The position numbers and the translations under genes were made by a program. Shown one piece after another: positions 29,045 through 39,849 of a DNA stretch of 64,000 nt (its first letter is position 1; every line of letters starts with the position of its first letter). The notes beneath the pieces were generated by a model. It searched no databases. It saw only the letters and a list, made by a program, of their open reading frames with translations, and was not told the DNA's origin. This DNA comes from an uncultured Gammaproteobacteria bacterium. GTDB lineage: Bacteria > Patescibacteriota > Microgenomatia > CAYXHB01. Where the stretch lies: positions 1,954 to 65,953 of the forward strand of contig CAZLQM010000003.1 of assembly GCA_964561945.1 (NCBI GenBank), read 5' to 3'.

Positions 29045-30589
29045 ATGTTCATTATAAATTCTAAACTAAAACTAATTGTTGTTTATTTAATAATAATATT
29101 GGCAGGTTTTGTCTTTGTTGGGAAAACGCAATTGCATACAGATATCTTATACTTTTTGTATGTTTTTAAGTCAATTATTGTTAACAATTTGCGATTAAGT
29201 GTTGACATATTTGATGTTAATACACCTATTACTTATTTGTTTAATTTACCGGTTGTTTTGTTAAATCTTAAGTTAGGAATGCCATTGGAAGTAACGTTTA
29301 AGATTTATTCGTTAATACTAGTATTAACAGTTTATTTTGGATTTTACAGAACCCTGTTTAGGGATCTAAAAATTATAATTTGGGATAATAAATCAGAAGA
29401 ATTTACCGGAGTTGTTTTCTTGACTTTGGTTTTGTTTACGGGACAAGATTTTATGCAAAGAGATTTTTGGGGAGTATATTTGACAATTCCATTTATTTTT
29501 TTGTCATATAGAAATTTGATTTTAGATAGAAAGCCATATTTTTGGGAAATTATTTTTGTAGTTTTGTTAGGAACTGTTGGTTTGGGGTTTAAACCGGTGT
29601 ATATAATAATGGTTTTATTTTGTGAAGTTTATTTTTTAATCATGACTTCTGGTAGAAGTCTTTTACGTAGAGAATTGTGGATTCTAGCTGGTGTGGGGAT
29701 TGTAGAATTGGTTGCTATGTATGTCTTTTATCCTGGTTTACTTCAAGAGTTCTGGTTAGGCACGCGATATTATCACGGTTTTGTAAGTCGGGGTGTGTGG
29801 GTGAACTGGGAGATGTGGTTTGGTATAGTGTTATTTTTATATTTGTTTTTGAAATCAGTTTTAAATAAAAAGTATAAATTTAATTTGTTTTTGAGTATTT
29901 TGATATTAAGTTTGTTAAGTACGGCTTATTTACAAGGAAAGGGATTCTGGCACCATTTTTGGGGAATTAGAATTATCTTGGGGATTTCGGCGGTGAGAAT
30001 AATTTATTCCCTGAAAGGGAATTGGAAGAAAATCTCAATAAAACTGTTTTTAAGTAAACTTATATTAATATTGATTTTGTATTTAATTTCTGTGGTGTGG
30101 TTATTTCAATGGATAGTAGCAATGCAACCTTTGTTGTCAGTGTCCAGTGAAGTATATGTTCAAAATGTAGAGTATTTTAAGTTGAAACTAAATTATAATG
30201 AAAGATTTGCAGTCGTTAGTACTGTATTATATCCATTTTCATTATTAGAGGAGTATACGGGGGCATTAAATGTTATGAGGTATAGAAATTTGTGGATGTT
30301 ACCTGGGATGTATTTTGGTACAGATTCGGATATATATAGAAATGTAAATCAAATGAATGTTGATGAATTAGGAGTTTATGAGAGTGTGATAGGAGATTTG
30401 ATAAATAAAGAACCGAAAATTATTGTAATTGATAATTGTAATCAGAAAAGTGGTTGGGTTAATAGATCTTTTGATTATTATAAATATTTTGGCCAATCAA
30501 AAGAATTTGATTTATTGTTATTAACTTTATATACGAAGGATACTTCTGTGTATGGGTGTTATGATGTTTGGGAACGTCGCTTGTTGTAA
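29045..30589 (+). CDS. polytopic membrane protein (possible GT-C-like glycosyl/oligosaccharyl transferase)
   Basis: 514 aa, more than 10 predicted TM helices; lies within the glycan-modification cluster. Confidence 0.4.
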   Translation: MFIINSKLKLIVVYLIIILAGFVFVGKTQLHTDILYFLYVFKSIIVNNLRLSVDIFDVNTPITYLFNLPVVLLNLKLGMPLEVTFKIYSLILVLTVYFGFYRTLFRDLKIIIWDNKSEEFTGVVFLTLVLFTGQDFMQRDFWGVYLTIPFIFLSYRNLILDRKPYFWEIIFVVLLGTVGLGFKPVYIIMVLFCEVYFLIMTSGRSLLRRELWILAGVGIVELVAMYVFYPGLLQEFWLGTRYYHGFVSRGVWVNWEMWFGIVLFLYLFLKSVLNKKYKFNLFLSILILSLLSTAYLQGKGFWHHFWGIRIILGISAVRIIYSLKGNWKKISIKLFLSKLILILILYLISVVWLFQWIVAMQPLLSVSSEVYVQNVEYFKLKLNYNERFAVVSTVLYPFSLLEEYTGALNVMRYRNLWMLPGMYFGTDSDIYRNVNQMNVDELGVYESVIGDLINKEPKIIVIDNCNQKSGWVNRSFDYYKYFGQSKEFDLLLLTLYTKDTSVYGCYDVWERRLL

Positions 30590-31419
30590 ATTATTTCTCC
30601 AACAGTTATTAAGCTGAATATAAATAAACTTAATAAAACTCCGGCAATTATATCGATAACATAGTGATGGGATAGGTAGACAGCAGAGATGGAAATGGCA
30701 ACTGGAAGGAGAATTATAGGAAGAGTTTTTTTGCCGAAGAACTTGATAATCATTAGAGCAAAGTAAGTTGGGTAGGCTGCGTGGAGTGAAGGCATGGCCG
30801 CGACATGGTTGATCGAGAATTCGAGTATTTGCTTGGCATCAAGGATTTTGGGTGAAGGAAGTTCTAAATATCCATAGTAATCTGCCCACCAAGGTGGAGC
30901 GGCTGGGAATAAGAAATAAATAGTGAAGCCTAGATAAGATAATAAGATTAAGCCAAACATGAATTGCCAGAAGTATTTGTGATTGGTTTCCCAGAGGATA
31001 ATTCCGATGACTGCTGGAACCCAGTAAAAGGAAGTATAAAAAATTGCAGCAATTACTGTGATAATCTGGGGATCTGAGTAGTTAGTGGCCCAGTTTTGAA
31101 GTTGAATGGTAGGGATGGGAGTACCAAATAATTTTTGTTCGAGATTGATAAGGTCGGTGATATGGATTTGGTGAGGATTAAGTTGTTGGATGAAGTTGCG
31201 AAGAAATTCGTAGGCAAAGAGAACTGCAGTGAATGGTAGTGTGGCTAGTACGAAGCGCCATCGGTTCCAAATAAAGATCATGATAAGGAGGATAAAACTG
31301 GTGCCGATATTGGCAATTCTTAAGTATAAAAGGAAATATATATAAAGGATGACAAGGGTAATACATTGGAAAGCGATAATAAGTTTTTGGTTGGAGTTAG
31401 GAGGAGATTGAATAGACAC
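30559..31419 (-). CDS. PAP2-superfamily membrane phosphatase/phosphotransferase
   Basis: PSLHAAY (PSGH-like) and SHHYVIDIIAG (SRxxxxxHxxxD-like) motifs; multiple TM helices. Confidence 0.6.
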   Translation of the reverse strand: MSIQSPPNSNQKLIIAFQCITLVILYIYFLLYLRIANIGTSFILLIMIFIWNRWRFVLATLPFTAVLFAYEFLRNFIQQLNPHQIHITDLINLEQKLFGTPIPTIQLQNWATNYSDPQIITVIAAIFYTSFYWVPAVIGIILWETNHKYFWQFMFGLILLSYLGFTIYFLFPAAPPWWADYYGYLELPSPKILDAKQILEFSINHVAAMPSLHAAYPTYFALMIIKFFGKKTLPIILLPVAISISAVYLSHHYVIDIIAGVLLSLFIFSLITVGEIIYNKRRSQTS

Positions 31420-31500
31420 TCTAGTTATGATGATTGAAAAAAAGTGATTTGTTAAGAAGCGGATTGGAAAATGTAGAGATATGAAGGTAAAAATGATATA

Positions 31501-31989
31501 TTGATTATTGTGAAAAAGTTTTTTGAACGAGTTAATGAGCGTTTTCTAAAAGTAGCAGATGCGGTGAGTTTTGGGATGGGAACACCCACGAATATTTTTT
31601 TCTGGATACTGGCGATCGTGATTTGGTTCGTGTTGGGATATTGGCGGAGTGATTTGTTTGTAAGGGGGAGCTTTTTGCCGGACTGGTTTACCTCAAATGC
31701 TTGGAATTTTCCTCTTAATACTATTACGACGTTGGCGGAGTTATATATTGGGTTTTTGGTGGCGGCAGCGACAAATCGCTCTGAACGTAAGTTGCGCAAA
31801 ATAATTATAACAATTAAAACTACCCTAGATAAGGTAGAGACTCTTAATCGACAACAGACTGAGATGCTGACGATGTTAATGAAAGATCAGAAACGTGAAC
31901 TAGCCAAAGAAAATGAAATGCTTAGGCAGGTAAAGGGTTTGACGCAAAGTATGGAGACTGATAATGTAGGGGGAGATGGAAATGAATGA
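31501..31989 (+). CDS. hypothetical membrane protein
   Basis: 162 aa; two TM helices then a charged coiled-coil tail. Confidence 0.3.
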   Translation: MIIVKKFFERVNERFLKVADAVSFGMGTPTNIFFWILAIVIWFVLGYWRSDLFVRGSFLPDWFTSNAWNFPLNTITTLAELYIGFLVAAATNRSERKLRKIIITIKTTLDKVETLNRQQTEMLTMLMKDQKRELAKENEMLRQVKGLTQSMETDNVGGDGNE

Positions 31990-32590
31990 TGGGAAAGTAG
32001 ATGAGGTACAGATTGAAAAAATGATTGAAGTTTTGGGTGAGAATGGAATTAAGGCGATGGTGGTCAAGACAAAAGAAGATGCAAAAACTAAAGTATTGGA
32101 ATTGATCCCTAAGGGCAGTGAAGTGATGACGATGACAAGTGTGACTTTGGATCAGATTGGTATTGCGAGTGTAATTAATGATGGTGATGATTATGTTTCG
32201 GTTAGGAAAAAATTATCTGCGATGGACCGATCCATTCAAGGTAGAGAAATGCAAGCAATGGGTGCAGTTCCTGAGTGGGTGGTGGGAAGTGTGAATGCAT
32301 TGACGTTAGAAGGTGAGGTGGTGTTTGCATCAAACACCGGAAGTCAGATGGCAGCCTACGTGTATGGAGCTGAACATGTGGTTTGGGTGGTGGGAATACA
32401 GAAAATAGTTGAGAATATGGAAATGGCGATGAAACGTTTGTATGAACATGTATTGCCGTTGGAGTCAGAAAGAGCTCATAAAGCTTATGGAGTAGATGGA
32501 AGTTATATAAGTAAGGTTTTGACTATTAAGCGTGAGGTTAGAAAGAATCGAATTAATTTGATTATTGTGAGGGAAAGTTTGGGGTTTTAG
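31976..32590 (+). CDS. hypothetical protein (tentative LUD/YkgG-like domain)
   Basis: 204 aa; weak resemblance only. Confidence 0.3.
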   Translation: MEMNDGKVDEVQIEKMIEVLGENGIKAMVVKTKEDAKTKVLELIPKGSEVMTMTSVTLDQIGIASVINDGDDYVSVRKKLSAMDRSIQGREMQAMGAVPEWVVGSVNALTLEGEVVFASNTGSQMAAYVYGAEHVVWVVGIQKIVENMEMAMKRLYEHVLPLESERAHKAYGVDGSYISKVLTIKREVRKNRINLIIVRESLGF

Positions 32591-32607
32591 AAATTGGAGG
32601 AGATGAG

Positions 32608-32823
32608 TTATCTTTTGGGTTCTTTGGGTTCAATAGTTTCAAATCCAAAGTATTTTTGTGTTTTATTTGATATTTTCGATAAAGTTTTATCAGTTATGTT
32701 ATTGGGTGCTGGTGGTTTATTTGATTTATATGGAGTTTCGCCTAAAATTTTTGCTGATTCGTGAAAACTATCGTCCCTTTTTGATTCTGTTTTAGGATTT
32801 TGTGGATGTGGAAGTTCGGACAT
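32608..32823 (-). CDS. hypothetical small protein
   Basis: 71-aa ORF. Confidence 0.25.
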   Translation of the reverse strand: MSELPHPQNPKTESKRDDSFHESAKILGETPYKSNKPPAPNNITDKTLSKISNKTQKYFGFETIEPKEPKR

Positions 32824-32931
32824 GGTTTTATTATAGCAAATTATAAATAAAGATGTTTTAAATGTTGAAATTATAAGAGCATGAGTTTTATGGGAATTAA
32901 AGTAAGAATTTGTGTAGTAAAATAGCTAGAT

Positions 32932-34029
32932 ATGGCTTTGTCTATTGGGATTGTGGGATTGCCTAACGTGGGTAAATCAACTTTGTTTAATGCGCTGTTG
33001 CAAAAGCAACAAGCGTTGGCTGCAAATTATCCGTTTGCGACGATTGATCCGAATGTGGGAGTGGTGGAGTTACCGGATGAGAGATTGGGTCATTTGGCAG
33101 AAGTAATTGCGGGAGATAAAAATGCAAAACCGCCATTGGTTCGTGCTGTGGTAAATTTTGTTGATATTGCGGGTTTGGTTAAGGGAGCGAGTGAAGGAGA
33201 GGGTTTGGGGAATAAATTTTTGGCAAATATTCGGGAGACTGATGCTATTTGTCATGTTTTGCGGGATTTTAGTGATGATAATGTGATCAGAGCTGGAGCT
33301 GTAAGTCCTGTGGAGGATTTGGATATAATTAGAACGGAGTTAATGTTGGCGGATTTGGCTACGCTTGAGAAGCAAAGAGAACCAAAAGGTAAAAGTACCA
33401 AGGAAGAAGCAATTCGTTGGAGTGGAATAGTAAAATTGAAAGCTGGGATTGAAGGTGGAATGAGAGCTGCTGATGTGGATCTGGATGAAGATGAGATCAA
33501 ATTAACTCGAGATTTGTTTTTGTTGAGTTTTAAACGAGAATTATTTGTGATAAATGTAGATGAGAATGATTTGGGAAGTGCTAAAGATATCAGGGATGCT
33601 TTTGTGGATAAAGCTAAAGTCGAGGAACATCAAGTTGTAGTAATTTGTGCAAAAATTGAGTCTGAGTTGGTAGAGCTTGATGGAGAAGAGCGCAAGGAAT
33701 ACATGGAGACTTTGGGTATAAATGAGTCAGGATTGGATCAATTGGCTCGCGCTGGATATGAAACATTGGGATTAATGTCTTTTTTGACTGCGGGTGAGAT
33801 TGAGTGTCGAGCTTGGACCGTGAAGCGTGGAGCTAGTGCGGTAGAGGCTTCTGGTGTAATTCATACCGATTTTATGAATAAGTTTATTAAGGTTAAGATT
33901 TGTGCGTATGATGATTTTATAGCTTATGGAGGTTGGAAGGGTGCGGCAGAGAAAGGCAGGGTGCGGATGGAAGGACGCGATTATGTAATGAAAGATGGAG
34001 ATGTAGTTGAGTTTATGATTGGGAGCTAG
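32932..34029 (+). CDS. ychF: ribosome-binding ATPase YchF
   Basis: G1 motif [12 protein letters not shown]; C-terminal TGS domain; 365 aa. Confidence 0.9.
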   Translation: MALSIGIVGLPNVGKSTLFNALLQKQQALAANYPFATIDPNVGVVELPDERLGHLAEVIAGDKNAKPPLVRAVVNFVDIAGLVKGASEGEGLGNKFLANIRETDAICHVLRDFSDDNVIRAGAVSPVEDLDIIRTELMLADLATLEKQREPKGKSTKEEAIRWSGIVKLKAGIEGGMRAADVDLDEDEIKLTRDLFLLSFKRELFVINVDENDLGSAKDIRDAFVDKAKVEEHQVVVICAKIESELVELDGEERKEYMETLGINESGLDQLARAGYETLGLMSFLTAGEIECRAWTVKRGASAVEASGVIHTDFMNKFIKVKICAYDDFIAYGGWKGAAEKGRVRMEGRDYVMKDGDVVEFMIGS

Positions 34030-34395
34030 GATAATTGGTTTTGTGAATGTGGTAAAAGTGTTGGAGTTATATTAGCAGCTTTAGGTTTGGGATATTTTTT
34101 GTGGCCGGTTGATAAAGTAGTAATCAATTCAGATTATAGATATGAAAGTGTTTTTGAAATATTAGTGGGTGGATGTTTTCAAACTTGTGTGGGTTTAAGT
34201 GACTGCACAGTGTAGAGAGGATAAATATTATTGTGAGGAGGGGAGATGTTATGGAGTATTGATTGGGACATGTGTTGGTCCAAAAGATGATAAATTGGAT
34301 TTTGTAAGTTTTTTGCGAGCTAAATTTGGAATACCGCAGTAATTGATAATTAAGGGGATGATTTTTGGGCTAGGCTTTGGTATACTAGGCGGGCA

Positions 34396-34746
34396 ATGGC
34401 TAAAAAAGCAGTGACTAAGGTTGATAAGAATAAGGCAGTAAAATCAGAGGCAGTGTCTGTGATGGTGGCTTATGAAGTGAGTTTGGTGGTAAGTCCTGAA
34501 GTTGAGGAAGATGGACGTTTGAAATTGGTTGAATGGTTAAGAAATACGGTTGTAGCCTTGGGTGGTCAAGTTGATAAGACTGAGGAAGCTGGCAAGAAGG
34601 TTTTGGCTTATCCAATTAAGAAATTTAATGAAGCTTGGTATTATTTTTTTGATGTTCATATGCCGAGTAGTAAAGCTAAGGACTTGAATACAAAGATTTC
34701 TTTCGAAGAGCAAGTGATACGGCATTTAGTCGTGCGCGCTGATTAG
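34396..34746 (+). CDS. rpsF: 30S ribosomal protein S6 (core may start at ATG 34462; a 22-aa Lys-rich N-terminal extension if it starts at 34396)
   Basis: MVAYEVSLVVSPEV and KVLAYPIKKFNEAWYYFFDV match the S6 core; rpsF-ssb-rpsR operon. Confidence 0.75.
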   Translation: MAKKAVTKVDKNKAVKSEAVSVMVAYEVSLVVSPEVEEDGRLKLVEWLRNTVVALGGQVDKTEEAGKKVLAYPIKKFNEAWYYFFDVHMPSSKAKDLNTKISFEEQVIRHLVVRAD

Positions 34747-34769
34747 TTAATTTGTTATAGTAAAAAAAT

Positions 34770-35330
34770 ATGTCTTCTCGTTCACTTAATAGAGCACAAT
34801 TAATGGGTAATCTGACTCGGGATCCTGAGTTGCGTTATACACCTGCTGGAACTGCTGTTTGTTCGTTTGGGTTAGCGACTAACCGATCTTGGATGACAGA
34901 TTCGGGTGAAAGGAAAGAAGATGTTGAGTTTCATAGAATTGTGGCGTGGGCTAAATTGGCTGAGTTATGTGCTCAGTTGTTGCATAAAGGTCGACAAGTT
35001 TATGTAGAAGGTAGATTGCAGACGCGTCAATGGACTGGTCAGGATGGTGTGGCTCGATCGACAACTGAAGTAGTAATCGATGACATGATCGTGGCAGGAG
35101 ATCGACGGTCTGGGGGAGAAGAAAGCAACATGGGTGGTGTTGACTATGATGAACAGTCACAAGGTGGAGCTGCTTATGGAAGTGGTGGCGGATACGTGGA
35201 TGATTTTGCAAATGATACGAGTAATGAGGATGTAGATGAGAAGCCGGCAACTAAAAAGACAGCTACCAAAAAACCAGAGGATAAGAAAAAGACTGAAAAA
35301 GAAGAGTTAGATAAAGATTTGCCATTTTAA
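34770..35330 (+). CDS. ssb: single-stranded DNA-binding protein
   Basis: OB-fold N-terminus; Gly-rich disordered middle; acidic C-terminal tip DLPF. Confidence 0.9.
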   Translation: MSSRSLNRAQLMGNLTRDPELRYTPAGTAVCSFGLATNRSWMTDSGERKEDVEFHRIVAWAKLAELCAQLLHKGRQVYVEGRLQTRQWTGQDGVARSTTEVVIDDMIVAGDRRSGGEESNMGGVDYDEQSQGGAAYGSGGGYVDDFANDTSNEDVDEKPATKKTATKKPEDKKKTEKEELDKDLPF

Positions 35331-35339
35331 TTAGTTTGT

Positions 35340-35570
35340 ATGTTAAAAGTTAAACGCAAGGCAGTTCCTGTCAAGGATCCGTTCACGACAAGTGGCACCA
35401 AACCTTCATATCGGGATGTGGCTACTTTGTCTACTTTTTTGCGGACGAGGGGAGGGTTGTCATCTCGATTTTTTAATGGAGTGACTGCCAAGACTCAGAG
35501 GCAAATTGGTAGAGCAGTTAAGCGGGCTAGACATTTGGGTTTGTTGCCGTTTGTTAATAGTATCGATTAA
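35340..35570 (+). CDS. rpsR: 30S ribosomal protein S18
   Basis: SYRDVATLSTFLRTRGGL...RHLGLLPF. Confidence 0.9.
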   Translation: MLKVKRKAVPVKDPFTTSGTKPSYRDVATLSTFLRTRGGLSSRFFNGVTAKTQRQIGRAVKRARHLGLLPFVNSID

Positions 35571-35611
35571 TTTCTTTTTTTGGTTGTGTCTGTTACGTAT
35601 TTTTCCTTATA

Positions 35612-36436
35612 ATGGGAATTATGTCTGACATGGTTAAAAAGGAAATTGAATTTCGGTTGCCGATTGTGGTGCCTGAAAAATTTGAGATATTGGTTGAGTC
35701 GGGTGATATCGTTAAGAAAAATCAAGTAATTGCCAAGGTTGGTGAGCCTCGAGTGCAAGTCTGGAATGTGGCTCGTGATTGGAATGTTGAGATTGGTGAT
35801 ATGGCGAGTTTACTAATGATTAACGAAGGTGCACGAGTTTTAGAAGGAATGGTGGTAATGAAATATGTTGATAAAAAGAATCATAGATATGAGTTGGTTG
35901 CTCCTTTCGATGGCAAATTGGAAGTTGATTATGAAAATGGGGAAGTGCGATTGATTGAAGATCCAAAAGTCAAAGAAATTTTGGCTAATCATGATGCAAA
36001 GATTGAATTGACTGAGGGTGTATGGGAATTGGTGTTTGAAGCGTGGGCTGTGAGTTTTGATTTTGGATGGGGTAAGAGTGCGGTTGGGAAGTTGGGTTTG
36101 GCAGGAGCTGATGTAGATGTGGTGACTTTGCCGTGGTTGAATCGAAGTTATCAAGGAGTGGCGTTGGTTGTCCCGTATATAACTCAACATTTATGGCATA
36201 AGGCAAATGCATTGGGTGTGGTGGCGGTGATTAGTGGGAATTTACCGTCAAACTATGAGTTATGGTTTGATGAAAATAGGGATGATGCTTGTTTGTTGGC
36301 GTACGGAGGAGATGAGTCAAAGTGGGAGGAGTTATTGAAATTATTATCATCAAGAGTGGGAGATTATGTTTATGTTTTGGGTGATAGTAAGCAATTGATT
36401 GTTGATAAGAAAAATAAACGACTGAAGAAAAGTTAG
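35612..36436 (+). CDS. hypothetical protein with N-terminal barrel-sandwich (biotin-lipoyl-like) fold features
   Basis: 274 aa. Confidence 0.3.
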   Translation: MGIMSDMVKKEIEFRLPIVVPEKFEILVESGDIVKKNQVIAKVGEPRVQVWNVARDWNVEIGDMASLLMINEGARVLEGMVVMKYVDKKNHRYELVAPFDGKLEVDYENGEVRLIEDPKVKEILANHDAKIELTEGVWELVFEAWAVSFDFGWGKSAVGKLGLAGADVDVVTLPWLNRSYQGVALVVPYITQHLWHKANALGVVAVISGNLPSNYELWFDENRDDACLLAYGGDESKWEELLKLLSSRVGDYVYVLGDSKQLIVDKKNKRLKKS

Positions 36437-36474
36437 AGTATGGACATTGTTAATGGTATGTTATCCTAATTGAT

Positions 36475-37812
36475 ATGTCTGAAAATATAGACGCTGTTGG
36501 GGGTGCCAAAGTTGCGAAGGTGAGAGTGATTCCGTTAGTAAAATTGAGAAGAATTTTTTTAGGTTTGGGAGTGGTGGTTTTGTGTTTTTTGGGAGGATAT
36601 TCACTGGGACGACAAGATGCGATTCCGTTATTAAATAAGCAACCTAGTTTGAGTCAAAGTTTGGGAGTAATCGGCACGTCGGGAAGTGGTTTGGGTTTGA
36701 CTGGGAAGGTTAGTGCCAATGATGTAGATATGCAGTTGTTCTGGGATGTTTGGAATCAATTAAAACAGAGATATTTGGATCAGAGTAAAGTAGATCAGAG
36801 TAAGATGGTTTATGGGGCTATTAAGGGAATGGTGGCAGCTTTGGAGGATCCTTATACTGTTTTTTTGACTCCTGATGAGAATAAGCGATCACAGGAAGAT
36901 TTGCAGGGTAGTTTTAGCGGGGTTGGAATTCAATTGGGATATAAGGATGATCCAGAAACAACAGTTGAGGAGCGGTGGTTGGCGGTGATTTCTCCACTTG
37001 AGGGGACCCCTGCGTATGCAGCGGGAATTAAGGCTGGTGAGTTAATAATCAAAATCGATGGAAAAGTTACAAGCGGAATGAGTGTGCCTGAGGCGGTTGA
37101 ATTAATTCGTGGGGAGAAAGGTACGAATGTGACATTGACGTTATTGCCCGAAGTGGGGCAGGAGACTCGAGATGTGGTGGTGGTAAGGCAAGAGATAGAT
37201 GTGCCAAGTGTGACAATGGAGTATGTTGAGTCAAATGGTAAGAGAGCAGCGAGGTTGAAGGTAAGCAGGTTCGGAGAGAAAACAACAGAAGAGTTAATTG
37301 AATCGGCGCGCAAAATATTTGCTGAGTATAAGTCTGGAAAGATAAGTGGTGTGGTGCTGGATCTGCGTGGTAATCCTGGTGGTTATTTTACCAAGGCTAT
37401 AGATATGGTGGGATTGTTCGTGGAGAGCGGTGTAGCTGTGCAACAGGAAGATGCGCAGGGTAGAAGGGAGCCATATCGAGTGGATGGTAAGAATCCTTTA
37501 CTTAAAGATGTGCCTCTGGTGGTGTTGATTGATCAAGGAAGTGCTTCATCGTCTGAGATTACAGCTGGAGCTTTGCGGGAAATGAGACAAGCTAAGTTGA
37601 TTGGTAAAACATCCTTTGGTAAAGGAACGGTACAGGCAGCTGAAGATTATCCTAATGGTGCGGGGATTCATATTACGATTGATCGGTGGTTATTGCCGTC
37701 GGGAGCTTCAATTCACAAAGTTGGAGTTAAGCCTGATGTGGAAGTGGATTATAAAGCGGGAGAAAATGGAGCATTAGATACGCAGTTGGAGAAAGCGTTG
37801 GAAGTGTTGTAG
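36475..37812 (+). CDS. ctpA: carboxyl-terminal processing peptidase (S41 family) with PDZ domain
   Basis: N-terminal TM; PDZ region; catalytic region DLRGNPGG...GKTSFGKGTVQ. Confidence 0.8.
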   Translation: MSENIDAVGGAKVAKVRVIPLVKLRRIFLGLGVVVLCFLGGYSLGRQDAIPLLNKQPSLSQSLGVIGTSGSGLGLTGKVSANDVDMQLFWDVWNQLKQRYLDQSKVDQSKMVYGAIKGMVAALEDPYTVFLTPDENKRSQEDLQGSFSGVGIQLGYKDDPETTVEERWLAVISPLEGTPAYAAGIKAGELIIKIDGKVTSGMSVPEAVELIRGEKGTNVTLTLLPEVGQETRDVVVVRQEIDVPSVTMEYVESNGKRAARLKVSRFGEKTTEELIESARKIFAEYKSGKISGVVLDLRGNPGGYFTKAIDMVGLFVESGVAVQQEDAQGRREPYRVDGKNPLLKDVPLVVLIDQGSASSSEITAGALREMRQAKLIGKTSFGKGTVQAAEDYPNGAGIHITIDRWLLPSGASIHKVGVKPDVEVDYKAGENGALDTQLEKALEVL

Positions 37813-37967
37813 GAATTTTGGTTCGATGATGTGGGTGAAGAAAATTATGGTGTTTTGTAGTTTGAATAATTAAATTAAGAATATGGACTACGACTGTGAG
37901 CAGAAATGTTGGGTAGATTTTTTGTTTTAAATACTGAAGACAGGGACAATCTTAATGTTGAGTATTA

Positions 37968-38657
37968 TTATTCTGATGTTTTGATGCGGAAGATATAGCC
38001 AGAAGTGAATTGGGTTTTGAGTTTGGAGGAGAGGGTCCCCGTAATGGTAATAGTGTCTTGAGTGTTTAGATCTGTGAGTTTGAGCGGGGAGTTGGGAGCG
38101 GTGATTTCGCGAATGGGAGTCGATGAGGAGAATTTGAGTGTGTACGTAGTTTCATCAGATGAGAGTTGGATTTCGGAGTTGAGGATTTTGGTGATGGTTC
38201 CAGTGATGGATTCGCGTTCGGGAAGGTCTGGAGTGGGAATGACTTGGATTTCGTTGGCATTAACTATGGTTTGAGTGTTGGCAAGAGTGCCTTTGATTAG
38301 AAGGAAATCTTGGATGGCGATATCATTGCGTTTGATTTCTTTGCGACCTGGGATTTTGAGATAAGTGGTAGCACCTGTAGATGCTACTGAGTATTCTTGT
38401 TCGTCAACGAGAATGGTTATGGATTGTTCAGTTAGGTTGGTAACTTGGCCGATGATACCAACTGGTCGATCTTCGATTTGGTCAAGTTTGGCTGCAACTT
38501 TTTCGCGGACAGCTTCGCGGATTTGATCGATGGTTCCAGAAGGTGTTGATTCTCGTGCAGGAGTAATAGCGTAGATGGGTGATGCAATTAATAAGGTGAA
38601 GAAGATGGCGGTGATCAAGATTGTGGGCTTCATAGTTTTAGTTAGTGCTGTAAACAA
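37968..38657 (-). CDS. secreted hypothetical protein
   Basis: N-terminal signal peptide; 229 aa. Confidence 0.35.
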   Translation of the reverse strand: MFTALTKTMKPTILITAIFFTLLIASPIYAITPARESTPSGTIDQIREAVREKVAAKLDQIEDRPVGIIGQVTNLTEQSITILVDEQEYSVASTGATTYLKIPGRKEIKRNDIAIQDFLLIKGTLANTQTIVNANEIQVIPTPDLPERESITGTITKILNSEIQLSSDETTYTLKFSSSTPIREITAPNSPLKLTDLNTQDTITITGTLSSKLKTQFTSGYIFRIKTSE

Positions 38658-39090
38658 CAGTTTGGTCGATGCGTTTGGATTGTCCTTGAGGATCGATTGA
38701 GAAGAAAGTTAGATAATTGCTACCTTGAGTAAGTTTGATTTCGGTTTCAAATTCACCTTTTTCATTGGGCATTGTGGAAAGAGTATTGTTTTCGTTGATG
38801 ATTACAACCTGATCGTTTTTGGAAGTGAACCCGCGGATGATTAAGTTATCGTCGTTAACTAGTGCGTGAGGATAGGGATTAACAATGGTTAAACTTGATT
38901 GGTCTTGTGGAGGGGCATCGGTGGGTTCGTTAGATTTGGGAGTAGGTGAGTCTTGAGTTATGGTTGTAGGTTCAGGGGAGACGGTGGCTTGGTCTTTGAG
39001 TGAGCGAGTTGCGGTTACGATGCCATACATAACGATTATGCCTACAGCAAAACCCACAACGATAGGAATGATCATTTCTTTGTTCATCAT
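38638..39090 (-). CDS. membrane-anchored hypothetical protein
   Basis: N-terminal TM helix, Pro/Thr-rich linker; overlaps the downstream gene start. Confidence 0.35.
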   Translation of the reverse strand: MMNKEMIIPIVVGFAVGIIVMYGIVTATRSLKDQATVSPEPTTITQDSPTPKSNEPTDAPPQDQSSLTIVNPYPHALVNDDNLIIRGFTSKNDQVVIINENNTLSTMPNEKGEFETEIKLTQGSNYLTFFSIDPQGQSKRIDQTVVYSTN

Positions 39091-39186
39091 TGGGAGAATA
39101 TCATGATGGAATGGTGGTGTCCAGAGTTTGAGGTCAAAGTAGATGGGACTTGAGATTTGGCTCGTAGGTGTTTAGAATGCCAGTAC

Positions 39187-39843
39187 ATGGATATTGTTTA
39201 TTTAGGTCATTCTTGTTTTAAATTACGGGGTAAAAATGCAGTAGTAATAACTGATCCATATGATAGTGAGATGGTAGGTTTGAAGTTGTCTAAACAACAA
39301 GCTGATATTGTAACCGTGAGTCATGATCATGGTGATCATAATTATCTTGAAGCTGTTAAGCCTAAGAGTGAGGATCATGTAGTAGTATTTGATACTCCTG
39401 GTGAATTTGAGTCTAAGGGGGTTGATGTGCGGGGTTGGAGGACATATCATGATGACAAACAAGGTGAATTGCGAGGTAAGAATATTGTTTATTTAATTGA
39501 AGTAGATGGAATTAGAATCGTACATTTGGGTGACTTGGGACATATGATTAGCGATGAAATTATCGATGCTTTGGGAGATGTGGGGGTATTAATGGTTCCA
39601 GTGGGTGGACATTACACAATTGATGCGGTAATGGCGATGAGCATTGTTAAGAAGCTTGAACCACGAATTGTAGTCCCAATGCATTATTATGATGCGGGAA
39701 TGAATGGTGAGAAGTTTGGTGAATTGGCACCGTTGTCGGTTTTTATGAAAGAAGCTGGGGTTGAAGTTGAGCCTGTAGAGAAGCTTAATTTGCAAGTTGG
39801 ATCTTTGCCGTTAGACACGACTTATGTTGTGTTGCAATCATAG
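39187..39843 (+). CDS. MBL-fold metal-dependent hydrolase (UPF0173-like)
   Basis: HDHGDH metal-binding motif; the ORF track starts at TTG 39157, ATG 39187 more likely. Confidence 0.7.
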   Translation: MDIVYLGHSCFKLRGKNAVVITDPYDSEMVGLKLSKQQADIVTVSHDHGDHNYLEAVKPKSEDHVVVFDTPGEFESKGVDVRGWRTYHDDKQGELRGKNIVYLIEVDGIRIVHLGDLGHMISDEIIDALGDVGVLMVPVGGHYTIDAVMAMSIVKKLEPRIVVPMHYYDAGMNGEKFGELAPLSVFMKEAGVEVEPVEKLNLQVGSLPLDTTYVVLQS

Positions 39844-39849
39844 TTGATT

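Noticed and set aside
37893-37907. Shared 12-13-nt word CGACTGTGAGCA at 37893 and 59282, both in AT-rich intergenic DNA
   Set aside because: It is unexpected by chance, but there are only two copies and no further structure around them. Noted as a possible binding motif, not enough to call a feature.
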